A model generated the notes under the pieces. It made no database searches and was not told the origin of the DNA. It saw only the letters and a list, made by a program, of their open reading frames with translations. 64,000 nucleotides of DNA from the human T2T-CHM13v2.0 reference genome, Homo sapiens, in assembly GCF_009914755.1 (NCBI RefSeq), contig NC_060935.1, one strand, 5' to 3'. Positions 13,111-26,706 of this stretch are shown one piece after another. The translations under genes and the position numbers were made by a program. How positions within the stretch are numbered: the first letter of the stretch is position 1; every line of letters begins with the position of its first letter.

Positions 13111-13717
13111 TGTTGGAGCTCAAAAACCAATACCCCCAAAATATGGCATTTTGGCATGCTGATCTAAAGAAGTCTCAAGGTCTCTCTGACTTCCCCTGCC
13201 TCTACCACACCCATCATCTCTCCCAAAGAGGCCGAAGTTCTTTTATCTGACTAAGATCTAGACCCACATAGGAAAACAATTGTTCTTCCTTCCCCTTTCT
13301 GATATCAATTGCAGAGAAAGACCAAGATGCGACCATACCTGAGTAGACCTTTTACAAATATAATGTCCGTCTGGAAAGACCATTTAAATTCCAAAGAAAA
13401 CTACTTACAAGTTAATCTCTGTTCTCTATCCAATCATTCTACCTAGCAATCATTTATTTCTCCTCAATAGAATTCTTCTTCTCCTCCCTCCCATAATCTG
13501 TTTTGCCAGAATCCAAGCAAAATGGTGTCAAAGTCCGGGTAACTCATTGGGAAGTTGGGTCTTCATTCTGAAGGCTGAAAAAAAGTCTGCATACATGTTA
13601 CATTATACATGTATACACATTAAATAAATTTGTATGGTTTTTGTTCTATTGGTCAATCTACCTCATGCCAGTGAATTTTCAGTGAACATTTAGGGGGCCA
13701 ATGGCCATGACCCCCAC
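13111..13717 (+). mobile_element. ERV1 solo LTR (MER4 group, MER65-like)
   Basis: tgttgggagctcaaaaaccaatacccccaaaatatggc...ccccaca; TG..CA ends. Confidence 0.7.
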
Positions 13718-13833
13718 AATTCCTTAAAGGATTTAAAGTATATTCCATGGTGTGTGTGTTTGTGCATGCAGACACATGTGGATGTAGATGTGTGAATAAA
13801 TAGTAAAAAACTAATGACACTTTCATAACTTAC

Positions 13834-13945
13834 TTGTATTTGAATCACCCTAACCAATTTTTTAAGTTATATTTATAGGTAAAATATGAATCTACACTGG
13901 AATCATGATACAAGTTGACCACAATGATCAAACCAAAGTCTGGCA
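13834..13945 (-). pseudogene. Candidate exon, 112 bp, phase 1>2: PDFGLIIVVNLYHDSSVDSYFTYKYNLKNWLG*FKY
   Basis: ctaatcctccttttgttttag| acceptor, AA|gtaagt donor; one stop. Confidence 0.65.
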
Positions 13946-14697
13946 CTAAAACAAAAGGAGGATTAGTTCATCAAATGAGATTCATGCAAATCAGGGATCT
14001 TACCCAGGCTTTACCAATAATTACCAGGATACAAGTAATCATGAGGCATAAGCAAAGCAGGTTTCCTAGATATGACATTAATTGGGAAATTAAGACTCAC
14101 AATATTTTGTAGCCACAAAGGTAAACATACAACGCCTTCGTTGCATTACATAACTGTGGTAGAGATAATAATGTTTGTTCTACCGCATATCAATTAAAAT
14201 TACAATAAAACTCTCCATTTCTTCCCAACAGAAATGGCTCTTTGCAGGTATCACATATTCTGAGAGACTGGGTGGTAATTAGGGAATGAATCTTTTGCAT
14301 ATGAAACTGTCATGAGTGGTGCAAGATTAGAGACAACTGGGTCCACAAATGTTTGTATCCTTCCACAATGTCAGGCTTTTACTGATGCTATTTCAATCAC
14401 AAAAGCCATAAGGTACAAGGAGTTAAGGAGGCAATTCTCCTTAGTACTTCCAATTCACTCAGTAGACAGAGCTGCAGGCACGCAGGCTCAAGCCACTCCA
14501 CAAGTCTGTTAGCAGTGGTGAATATTTAAAGGTCTACAGAAACTTGATTCTTGCCTCCTCAGAGGAAGGAATTCATCCGAGGGGCACAAGGCAGAGAGAC
14601 CAAGGCAAGTTTTAGAGCAGTAGTGAAAGTTTACTCAAAATTTTAGAGCAGGAATGAAAGGAAATAAAATGAATTTGGAAGGGGGACAAGTGGGTAA

Positions 14698-15129
14698 TGT
14701 CAGGCCTCCGAGCCCAAGCTAAGCCATCTTATCCCTTGTGACCTGCATGTATACATCCAGATGGCCTGAAGCAACTGAAGATCCACAAAAGAAGTGAAAA
14801 TAGCCTTAACTGATGACATTCCACCGTTGTAATTTGTTTCTGCCCAATCCTAACTGATCAATGTACTTTGTAATCTCCCCCACCCTTAAAAAGGTTCCTT
14901 GTAATTCTCCCCATCCTTGAGAATGTACTTTGTGAGATCCACCCCCTGCCCACAAAACATTGCTCCTAACTCCACCGCCTATCCCAAAACCTATAAGAAC
15001 TAATGATAATCCACCACCCTTTGCTGACTTTCTTTTTGGACTCAGCCTGCCTGCACCCAGGTGAAATAAACAGCCTTGTTGTTCACATAAAGCCTGTTTG
15101 GTGGTCTCTTCACACGGACATGTGAGACA
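14698..15129 (+). promoter_or_regulatory. HERV-H 5' LTR (LTR7 family)
   Basis: tgtcaggcctc...gtgagaca; cctataaga TATA-like box at ~14990; aataaa at ~15065. Confidence 0.95.
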
Positions 15130-15131
15130 TT

Positions 15132-15149
15132 TGGTGCCAAAGACCCGGG
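15132..15149 (+). other. Primer binding site TGGTGCCAAAGACCCGGG (closer to tRNA-Phe than tRNA-His)
   Basis: 2 nt after the LTR; compared with Phe PBS TGGTGCCGAAACCCGGGA and His PBS TGGTGCCGTGACTCGGAT. Confidence 0.75.
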
Positions 15150-15268
15150 TCAGCAGCACTCCTTCGGGAGACCAGTCCCTATCCTCACCCTCATTCCATG
15201 AAGAGATCCACCTATGACCTCAGGTCCTCAGACCAACCAGCCCAAGGAACATCTCATCGATTTTAAAT

Positions 15269-15277
15269 CAGGTAAGC
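15269..15277 (+). promoter_or_regulatory. HERV-H leader major splice donor CAG|GTAAGC
   Basis: Near-consensus donor ~140 nt downstream of the 5' LTR. Confidence 0.7.
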
Positions 15278-15813
15278 AGCCTCTTTTTACTCTCTTCTCC
15301 AACCTCTCTCACTATCCCTCAACCTCTTTCTCCTTTCAATCTTGGTGACATCCTTCAATCTCTCCCTTCTCTTAATTTCAATTCCTTTCATTTTCTGGTA
15401 GAGACAAAGGAGACACATTTTATCTGTGGACCCAAAACTCCAGTGCTGGTTACAGACCCGGGAAGGCAGCCTTCCGTTGGTGTTTAATCATTGCGGGAAC
15501 ACCTGCCTGATTATTCATTCACATTTCAGAGGTGCCTGACGACGTGGGGACGCCTGCCTTGGTCTTTCACCCTTAGCGGCAAGCACTGCTTTTCTGGGGG
15601 GCAAGTACCCGCTGACCCCTTCTCTCCTTGTCTCTACCCCTTTTCCACTTTCCTGGGGGGCAACCACTCCCCACCCCTTCTCCACTTTCCTGGGGGACAA
15701 ACACCCCCCACCCCTTCCATTCCCCACCCGTTCTCCACTTTCCTGGGGGGCAAGCACCCCTAACCCCTTCTCTCTGTGTCTCTACGCTTTTCTTTAAACT
15801 TGCCTCCTTCACT

Positions 15814-17447
15814 ATGGGCAACCCCTCCCACCCTCCATTCCTCCTTCTTCTCCCTTAGCCTGTGTTCTCAAGAACTTAAAACCTCTTCGACTCTCACCTG
15901 ACCTAAAACCTAAACACCTTATTTTCTTCTGCAATGCCGCTTGACCCCAATACAAACTGGACAGTCAGTCGTTCCAAGTAGTCAGAAAATGGCACTTTCG
16001 ATTTTTCCATCCTACAAGATCTAAATAATTCTTGTCGTAAAATGGGCAAATGGTCTGAGGTAACTGATGTCCAGGCATTCTTTTACACATCGGTCCCTCC
16101 CTAGTCTCTCTTTCCAATGTGACTCATCCCAAATCCTCCTTCTTTCCCTCCTGCCTGTCCCCTCAGTCCCAACCCCAAGTGTTGCTGAGTCTTGTGAATC
16201 TTCCTTTTCTACTGACCCATCTGACCTCTCAACTCCTCCCCAGACTGCTCCTCCTCAGGTCACTCCCCGCCAGGCTGAATCAGGCTCCGACTCTTCTTCA
16301 GCCTCTGCTCCCCCACCCTATAACCCTTCTATTACCTCCTTTCCCCACACCCGGTATGATTTATAGTTTCGTTCTGTGACTAGCTCTCCCCCACCTGCCC
16401 AAAAATTTCCTCTTAAAGAGGTGGCTGGAGCTGAAGGCATAGTCAGGGTACATGTGCGTTTTTCTTTATCAGACCTTTCCCAAATCAGCCAGCTTTTAGG
16501 CTCTTTCTCATCAGACCCCACTAAATTTATACAGGAATTCCGATATCTAACTCTGTCCTACAATTAAACCTGGAGTGACTTAAATGTCATCCTAACTTCT
16601 ACCCTCTCCCCAGATGAATGGGAAAGAGTTTTTTCTCTAGCCAATCTCACGCTGACAACCACCGGCTCCACGAGCCATACCTCCAGGAAGGCATTAGAGC
16701 AGTTCCCCGAGGGGACCCCCAGTGGAACTATCAGGCAGATTGCCCAGGTATAGCTAGGCGAGATTACATGATTTCCTGCCTAGTTGAAGGGCTTAAAAAG
16801 GCAGCTTACAAAGCTGTTAATTATGACAAGCTTAAAGAAACTACCCAAGGTAAAGATGAAAACCCAGCCCAGTTCAGGGCCCGCTTAGCAGCAACCCTTA
16901 GACGCTTTACCGCCCTAGACCCAGAGGGGTCAGAAGGCCGCCTTATTCTTAATATGCATTATATCACCCAATCCGTTCCTGACATTAGGAAAAAACTTCA
17001 ACAATTAGAATCCGGCCCTCAAACCCCACAACAGGAATTAATTAACCTTGCCTTCAAGCTGTACAATAATAGAGAGGAGGCAGCCAGATGACAACGCATT
17101 TCTGAGTTACAATTACTTGCCTCTGCTGTGAGACAAAACCCAGCTGCACCTCCAGCACACAAGAACGTCAAAATGCCTAAGCCACACACGCCTAAGCTGC
17201 AGCAGTCACACATTCCTACAAGACTTCCTCCATCAGGATCTTGCTTCAAGTGCCAGAAATCTGGCCACTGGGCCAAGGAATACCCACAGCCCACAATTCC
17301 TCCCAAGCCGTGTCCCATCTGTGCAGGGACCCACTGGAAATCAGACTGCCCAGCTTGCCCAGCAGCCACTCCTAGAGCTCCTAAAGCTCTAGCCCAAGGC
17401 TCTCTGACTCCTTCCCAGATCTGCTCAGCTTAGCAGCTGAAGACTGA
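15814..17447 (+). pseudogene. gag: HERV-H gag, disrupted
   Basis: MGN start, PPPY late domain, MHR-like TQGKDENPAQFRARL, zinc knuckles CFKCQKSGHWAKEY and CPICAGTHWKSDC; split over several ORFs. Confidence 0.9.
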
Positions 17448-20370
17448 CGCTGCCTGATCACCTCGGAAGCCCCCTGGACCATCACGGACACTGAGCTTTG
17501 GGTAACTCTCACAGTGGAGGGTAAGTCCATCTCCTGTTTAATCGATACGGGGCTACCCACTCCACATTACCTTCTTTTCAAAGGCCTGTTCCTTTGCCCC
17601 CATAACTTTTGTGGGTATTGATGGCCAAGCTTCAAAACCCTTAAAACTGCCTCACTCTGGTGCCAACCTGGACAACATTATTTTATGCACTCTTTTTTAT
17701 TTATCCCTACCTGCCCAGTTCCCTTATTAGGCTGAGGAATTTTAACCAAATTATCTGCTTCCCTGACTATTCCTGCACTACAGCCACATCTCATTGCTGC
17801 CCTTCTTCCGACCCAAAGCCTCCTTTGCGTCTTCCTCTCATAGCCCCCTAGCTTAACCCACAAGTATGGGACATCTCTACTCCCTCCCTGGCAACCAATC
17901 ACATGCCCATTACCACCCCATTAAAACCTAATCACCCTTACCCCACTCAATGCCAATATCCCATCCCACAGCATGCTTTAAAAGGATTAAAGCCTGTTAT
18001 CACTTGCCTGTTACAACATGGGCTTCTAAAACCTATAAACTCTCCTTACTATTCCCCCATTTTACCTGTCCAAAAACTGGACAAGTCTTACAGGTTAGTT
18101 CAGGATCTGCACCTTATCAACCAAATCGTTTTGCCTATCCACCCTGTAGTGCCCAACCTGTACACTCTTTTGCCCTCAATACCTTCCTCCACAACTCACT
18201 ATTCCGTTCTTGATCTTAAAGATGTTTTTTTCACTATTCCCCTGCACCCCTCGTCCCAGCCTCTCTTTGCTTTTACCTGGACTGACCCTGACACCCATCG
18301 GTCCCAGCAGCTTACCTGGGCTGTGCTGCCACAAGGCTTCAGGGATAGCCCTCATTACTTCAGCCAAGCTCTTTCTCATGATTTGCTTTCTTTCCACCCC
18401 TCTGCTTCTCACCTTATTCAATATATTGATGACCTACTTTGTAGCCCCTCCTTTGACTCTTCTCAACGAGACACCCTCTTGCTCCTTCAACATTAATTCT
18501 CCAAAGGATATTGGGTATCCCCCTCTAAAGCTCAAATTTCTTCTCCATCCATTACCTACCTCGGCATAATTCTTCATAAAAACACATGTGCTCTCCCTGC
18601 TGATCATGTCTAACTGATCTCTCAAACCCCAACACCTTCTACAACACAACAACTCCTTTCCTTCCTAGGCATGGTTGGATACTTTCACCTTTGGATACCT
18701 GGTTTTGCCATCCTAACAAAACCATTACATAAACTCACAAAAGGAAACCTAGCTGACCCCATAGATCTTAAATCCTTTCCCCACTCCTCTTTCCGTTCCT
18801 TAAAGACAGCTTTAGAGACTGCCCCCACACTAGCTCTCCCTGACTCATCCCAACCCTTTTCATTACACACAGCCGAAGTGCAGGGCTGTGCAGTTGGAAT
18901 TCTTACACAAGGACTGGGACCACGTCCTGTAGCCTTTTTGTCCAAACAACTTGACCTTACTGTTTTAGGCTGGCCATCATGTCTCCGTGCAGTGGCTGCC
19001 ATCACCCTAATACTTTTAGAGGCCCTCAAAATCACAAATTATGCTCAACTCACTCTCTACAGCTCTCATAACTTCCAAAATCTATTCCTTCCCCACATCT
19101 GACACATATACTTTCTGCTCCCTGGCTCCTTCAGCTATACTCACTCTTTGTTGAGTCTCCCACAGTTACCATTGTTCCTGGCCCAGACTTCAATCCGGCC
19201 TCCCACATTATTCTGGATACCACACCTGACCCCAATGACTGTATCTCTCTGATCCACCTGACATTCACCCCATTTCCCCATATTTCCTTCTTCCCTGTTC
19301 CTCGCCCTGATCACATTTGGTTTATTGATGGCAGTTCCACCAGGCCTAATCGCCACTCACTAGCAAAGGCAGGCTATGCTACAGTATCTTCCACATCTAT
19401 CATTGAGGCTACCACTCTGCCCCGCCTCCACCACCTCTCAGCAAGCCAAACTCATTGCCTTAACTCGAGCCCTCACCCTTGCAAAGGGACTATGCATCAA
19501 TATTTATACTGACTCTAAATTTGCCTTCCATATCCTGCACCACCATGCTGTTAAATGGGCTGAAAGAGGTTTCCTCACTACACAAGGGTCCTCCATCATT
19601 AACGTCTCTTCGATAAAAATTCTTCTCAAGGCTGCTTTACTTCCAAAGGAAGCTGGAGTCATACACTGCAAGGGCCACCAAAAGGCATCAGATCCCATTG
19701 CTCAGGACAATGCTTATGCTGATAAGGTATCTAAAAAAGCAGCTAGTGTTTCAACTTCTATCCCTCACAGCAGTTTTTCTCCTTCTCATCTGGTCACTCC
19801 CACCTACTCCCCAAATGAAACTTCCACCTATCGATCTCTTCCCACACAAGGCAAATGGTTCTTGGACCAAGGAAAATATCTCCTGCCAGCCTCACAGTCC
19901 CGTTCTATTCTGTTGTCATTTCATAACCTCTTCCATGTAGGTTACAAGATGCTAGCCCACCTCTTAGAGCCACTCATTTCCTTTCCATTGTGGAAATCTA
20001 TCCTCAAGGAAATCACTTCTCAGTTGTTCCATCTGTTATTCTACTACTCCTCAGGGATTGTTCAGGCCCCCTCCCTTTCCTACACATCAAGCTCAGGGAT
20101 TTACCCCTGCCCAGGACTGACAAATTGACTTTACTCACATGCCTCGAGTCAGGAAACTAAAATACCTGTTGGTCCGGGTAGACACTTTCACTGGATGGGT
20201 AGATGCCTTTTCCACAGGGTCTGAGAAGGCCACCACAGTCATTTCTTCCCTTCTGTCAGACATAATTCCTCGGTTTGGCCTTCCCACCTCTATACAGTCC
20301 GATAACGGACCAGCTTTTACTAGTCAAATCACCCAAGCAGTTTCTTAGGCTCTTGGTATTCAGTGGCACC
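17448..20370 (+). pseudogene. pol: HERV-H pro-pol, disrupted (protease, RT, RNase H, partial integrase)
   Basis: LIDTG (~17538), LPQGFRDSP and QYIDDLL, NIYTDSK and HCKGHQ, VDTFTGW and SDNGPAF. Confidence 0.92.
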
Positions 20371-20439
20371 TGGTTTTACCTCAAACTGCCACCCTTAAGT
20401 CTCTCTATAAGTGGATATAAGATCTTCAGTGACAAAGTA

Positions 20440-21040
20440 CACTCCAATACTTTCACCCTGATGAAGTCCTATTCTTTACTTTTATACTCACTCTTATTCT
20501 GGTTCCCCTTCTTATGCCACCCTCTATGTCTTCCCAGCTATCTCCACCACACTATCAATCTCAGTCACTCTCTCCTAGCTGTTTCTAATCCTTCTTTAAC
20601 AAACAATTGCTGGCTTTGCATTTCTCTTTCCTCCAAAATTGCTGAGGCCTCGACTTACTCACTGCTAAAAAAAAAAAAAAAGAGGACTCTGTATATTTTT
20701 AAATGAAGAGGGTTGTTTTTACCTAAAATCAATCTGGCCTGGTATATGACAACTTAAAAAAACTCAAGGATAGAGCCCCAAAACTCGCCAACCAAGCAAA
20801 CAATAACGTTGAACCCCCTTGGACACTCTCTAATTGGATGTCCTGGGTACTCCCAATTCTTAGTCCTTTAATACCTGCTTTTCTCCTTCTCTTATTCGGA
20901 CCTTGTGTCTTTCGTTTAGTTTCTCAAAACTGCATCACACAAAACTGCATCCAGGCCATCAACAATAATTCTATATGACAAATACTCCTTCTAACAACCC
21001 CACAATATCACCCCTTACTACAAAATCTTCCTTCAGCTTA
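20440..21040 (+). pseudogene. env: HERV-H env remnants, largely deleted
   Basis: SU start ...SNPSLTNNCWLC fused to a TM-region remnant (...LLLFGPC). Confidence 0.75.
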
Positions 21041-21200
21041 ATGTCTCCCACTCTAGGTTCCCACGCTGCCCCAATCCCACTTGAAGCAGCCTGAGAAACA
21101 TCACCCATTATCTCTCCATACCACCCCCAAAAATTTTCACTGCCACAACACTTTACCACTGTTTCATTTTATTTTTATTATTAATATGAGAAGACAGGAA

Positions 21201-21632
21201 TGTCAGGCCTCTGGGCCCAAGCTAAGCCATCTTATCCCTTGTGACCTGCATGTATACATCCAGATGGCCTGAAGCAACTGAAGATCCACAAAAGAAGTGA
21301 AAATAGCCTTAACTGATGACTTTCCACCATTGTAATTTGTTTCTGCCCAACCGTAACTGATCAATGTACTTTATAATCTCCCCCACCCTTAAGAAGGTTC
21401 TTTGTAATTCTCCCCAATCCTGAGAATGTACTTTGTGAGATCCACCCACTGCCCACAAAACATTGCTCCTAACTCCACTACCTATCCTAAAACCTATAAG
21501 AACTAATGATAATCCACCACTCTTTGTTGACTCTCTTTTTGGACTCAGCCCGCCTGCACCCAGGTGAAATAAATAGCCATGTTTCTCACACAAAGCCTGT
21601 TTGGTGGTCTCTTCACACGGACATGTGAGACA
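21201..21632 (+). mobile_element. HERV-H 3' LTR (LTR7)
   Basis: Preceded by PPT gagaagacaggaa; ~25 mismatches to the 5' LTR by hand count. Confidence 0.95.
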
Positions 21633-21994
21633 GGTAACTAGAGAGATTCAAGCGCCTGGTTTGACCTATGACTTGGGTTTTTATAGGTTGGCATGCTTCT
21701 GGGGTATTGAATCTCTCCTCCCTTGATTTTTTCTTGAGGCAGGCTATCCGCATGCACAGAAACCTGCCAGCACCTGGGAGGGGCCACATGCACAATGTGT
21801 TTACTGAAGTTGTGTGCATGCATATTTCAGTCATTTTTCTCTTATGAGTCAAGCATTCCTAGAGGAAGGTCATATACCAATTAAACTCCACCATGTTTCC
21901 TGTTAGTGTGCATGCTTGAGTCCACTTGACCAACTCCTGAGATCTTATTGGAAAGCTGCTTATCACCAGCTTCAGATGTTGCCTGTCTATTGGG

Positions 21995-23101
<1,107 letters not shown>

Positions 23102-25248
23102 TTCTCATGATACAGAGTGAATTCTCATGAGATCTGATGGTTTTATCAATGGCAGTTTCTGCTCTCTCTCTCTCTCTTCTGCCACAATGTGAGGAAGGTA
23201 CTTGCTTCTCCTTAGCCTTGTGCCATGATTGTAAGTTTCCTGAGGCCTCTCCAGCCATGTAAAATTGTGAGCCAATTAAGCCCCTTTCCTTTATAAATCA
23301 CCCAGTCTCAGGTATTTCTTTATAGCAGTGTAAAAATGAAATAATACAGAGAATTGGTACCAGTAAGAGGGGTAGTGCTATAAAGATAACCAGAAAATGT
23401 GAAGGCGACTTTGGAACTAGGTAACAGGCAGAGACTGGAACATTTTGGAGGGCTCAGAAGAAGACAGGAAGCTGTGGGAATGTTTGGAACTTCCTAGAGA
23501 CTTCTTGAATGGTTTTAAACAAAATGCTGATAGTGATATGAATGACGAAGTCCAGGCTGACATGGTCTCAGATGGAGATGAGGAACTTATTGGGAGCTGA
23601 AGCAGAGGTCACTCTTGCTATGCTTTAGCAAAGAGACTGGTGGCATTTTCCCCCTGCCCTAGACATCTATGGAACTTTGAACTTGAGAGATATGATCTGA
23701 TATTGGAACTTATGTTTAAAAGGGAAGCAAAATATAAAAGTTTGAAAAATTTGCAGCCTGACCATGTTATAGAAAAGAAAAACCCATTTTCCGGGGAGGA
23801 ATTCAAGTAAGCTGCAGAAATTTGCATATGTAATGAGGAGCTGAATGTTAATAACCAAGACAATGGGGAAAGTGTCTCCAGGGCACATCAGAGCTCTTGG
23901 CAGCAGCCCCTCCCATCACAGGTCCAGAGGCCTAGGAAGGAAAAATGATTTTGTGGCAGTGGGGGTCAGTGGGGGGCGCTGTTCTATGCAGCCTCAGGAC
24001 TTGGTGACTTGGTGCCCTGCATCCCAGCTGCTTCAGCCCCAGGTATAGCTAAAAGGGGCCAAGGTACAGCTCAGGCCAAGCTTTGTTAGCTTCCATTTGG
24101 TATTGGGCCTGCAGGTGTGCAGAAGACAAGAGTTGAGCTTTGGGAACCTCTGCCTAGATTTCATTTCAGAGGATGTATAAAAATGCCAGGATGTCCAGGC
24201 AGAAGTCTGCTGCAGAGGCAGAGCCTTCATGGAGAACCTCTACTAGGGCTACGCAGAGGGGAAATATGGGGTTGAAGCCCCTACACAGAGTCCCCACTGA
24301 GGCACTTCCTATTGGAGCTGTGAGAAGATGGCCACCATCCTCCAGACCCCAGAATGTTAGATCCACCAACAGCTTGCACCATGAGCAAAGAAAAGCCACA
24401 GGCACTCAACACCAGCCTGTGAAAGCAGCAACGGGGGCTGTACCCTGCAGAGCCACAGAAGCTTAGCTGCCGAAGACCGTGGGAGTCTACCTTGTGCATC
24501 CTCATGCCCTGGATGTGAGACATGGAGTCAAAGGAGATCATTTCAGAGCTTTAAGATTTAATGACTGCCCTGCCAGGTTTTAGACTTGTGTGGGGCCTTT
24601 GACCCCTTTGCTTTTGGGCAATTTCTTCTATTTGGGATGGGAGAATTTACCCAATGCCTATATCCCCATCGCATCTTGAATGTAAATAACTTGTTTTTGA
24701 TTTTACGAACTCATTGATGGAAGATACTTGTCTCAGATGAGACCTTGGACTTGGACTTTTTAGTTAATGATGGAATGAGTTAAGACTTTTGGGGACTGTT
24801 GAGAAGGCCTGACTGTGTTTTGAAATGTGAGGATATGAAATTTGGGAGGCATCAGGGGAGGAATAACATGGTTTGGCTGCTTGTCTTCACTCAAATCTCA
24901 TCTTGAATTGTAATCTGAATTGTAATCCCCAGGTGTTGATGGAGGAACTTGATGGGAGGTGACTGGATTATGTGGATGGTTTTCCCTACGTTGTTCTCAT
25001 GTTACTGAGTGAACTCTCATAAGATCTGATGGTTTTATCAACGGCAGTTTCGCAGTTTCCCCCTGCTCTCTCTCTCTCCTGCCACCTTGTGAGGAAGGTA
25101 CTTGCCTCTCCTTCATCTTCTGCCATCATTGTAAGTTTTCTGAGGCCTCCCCAGCCATGCAGAATTGTGAATCAATTAAACCTCTTTCCTTTATAAATTA
25201 CCCAGTCTTGGACATTTCTTTAGAGCAGTGTGGAAATGGTCTAATACA
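23102..25248 (+). mobile_element. MaLR THE1D/MST-type element: truncated 5' LTR (to 23348), internal region, 3' LTR (24864-25248)
   Basis: Two homologous LTRs ending taataca; internal region starts gagaattggtaccag. Confidence 0.9.
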
Positions 25249-25287
25249 ATAAGTATGCCATTTTATAATTAAGATGTCCACTATTTA

Positions 25288-25582
<295 letters not shown>

Positions 25583-25950
25583 GATGCCTTCTATTCATTA
25601 ACCATTAATTTCAAGTCCTGAAAAGTCACCAAACATATTTTTTAATATTTAGAATGTGGCAAAAGAGAATATAATTTTGACATAAAAATATATCTGAAAT
25701 TTGTGGAAGAGAATACTCTGATCTCTTCGCAGATTATGTCCCTAAATTACTCTATAGCTGACAATCTCTAAATTCTAAGATGTAAGTTATATATGATTAA
25801 TGAATTAAATGAAATGTCTTAAATAATCAATGTTTAGACAATCCAGACCTCTGGCTCTAAATGAGAGAATTTCAGATGGTTTAGTAGACCATTTTAGTGA
25901 TTGCTGTTTATTTTACTGGAGCTTTTACTTCGAACCTGATTTTCTTTTAC

Positions 25951-26023
25951 ATTTATACTTCATTTGCTGAAGACGCATGAGAGCTGTCAACATGAGAGCA
26001 CTGCTCGCGGCTTGCCCATATCC
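25951..26023 (-). pseudogene. Candidate exon, phase 0>1: GYGQAASSALMLTALMRLQQMKYK (alternative donor at 25936, same phase)
   Basis: ttaccag| acceptor; open frame; phases fit both neighbours; donor weak. Confidence 0.4.
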
Positions 26024-26264
26024 CTGGTAACATTTTAGACAGATGCCCATAAGAGGAGGTGATGCTGTCTGCTTTGACTTCACTATCGCCCGCTTCTGTT
26101 GGCTGTTCACATGTGGCCTATCACTCATATGCTCTCAAATAATCTCAGCTTGCTTTCCACAGATGAGTCACCCAACTTTGAGTCCAATAGTTCAAATTTC
26201 TCTGTGGCTACTGCCTGCACAAGAAGCAATAATGGACAGAGGCACTGGTTAGTCAGCAAGAGAT

Positions 26265-26375
26265 GCGTTATCTCATTATAATCTTGTGAACAACCCACCG
26301 AGGTGTGATTGTACTCAATTTTCAGATGAGAATACTGAAACTCAGAGAGCTTACACTTCATACTCAAGGCCAATG
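26265..26375. mobile_element. MIR fragment
   Basis: ttttcagatgagaatactgaaactcagagag core. Confidence 0.6.
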
Positions 26376-26663
26376 GACAACAACGACTACCACAGTGGAT
26401 TGTTCAAAGAATTATAATATGTTAACAAATCTATAAGTGTAAACTGCAGTACTTTGTATATTTACTTCCATTTTCTGAAGAAACTAGAAAGGCTGCCAAC
26501 AGTCTATTGCTATCTTACCATACTTCACTGCAAATCTAAATACCTTCAACACTGTTTCTTTCCAATTTAGTTATTAACCTAAAAATATGTTGGCTTACTT
26601 GCACATAAAAGATAGCAGTGATAAATATGGAAAACAAGTACAGTTGTAAATACAGTAATTTAC

Positions 26664-26706
26664 CTTGGGAGAAAAAATGGTGGCCATCTTTTTGAGGTCT
26701 GCATTC
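26664..26706 (-). pseudogene. Candidate exon, 43 bp, phase 2>0: NADLKKMATIFSPK
   Basis: tccttttag| acceptor, AAG|gtaaat donor; open frame. Confidence 0.55.

Larger units (their letters stand above)
14698..21632 (+). mobile_element. HERV-H provirus (LTR7-gag-pro-pol-env remnant-LTR7), 6935 bp, defective
   Basis: Two 432-bp LTRs, TSD GGTAA (14693-14697 and 21633-21637), PBS, PPT, and gag/pol motifs. Confidence 0.97.
14506..21993 (-). mobile_element. ERV1 LTR (MER50-like) interrupted by HERV-H; pieces ~14506-14697 and ~21633-21993
   Basis: Homologous to the LTR at 11787-12393 on both sides of the provirus; continuous across the GGTAA TSD. Confidence 0.75.

Noticed and set aside
14806-15159. 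Similar minus-strand ORFs at 14806-15159 and 21309-21593 suggesting a duplicated gene
   Set aside because: Antisense frames of the two HERV-H LTRs.
23618-24541. Cluster of 60-100 aa ORFs
   Set aside because: Within the degenerate MaLR internal region; no intact long ORF.
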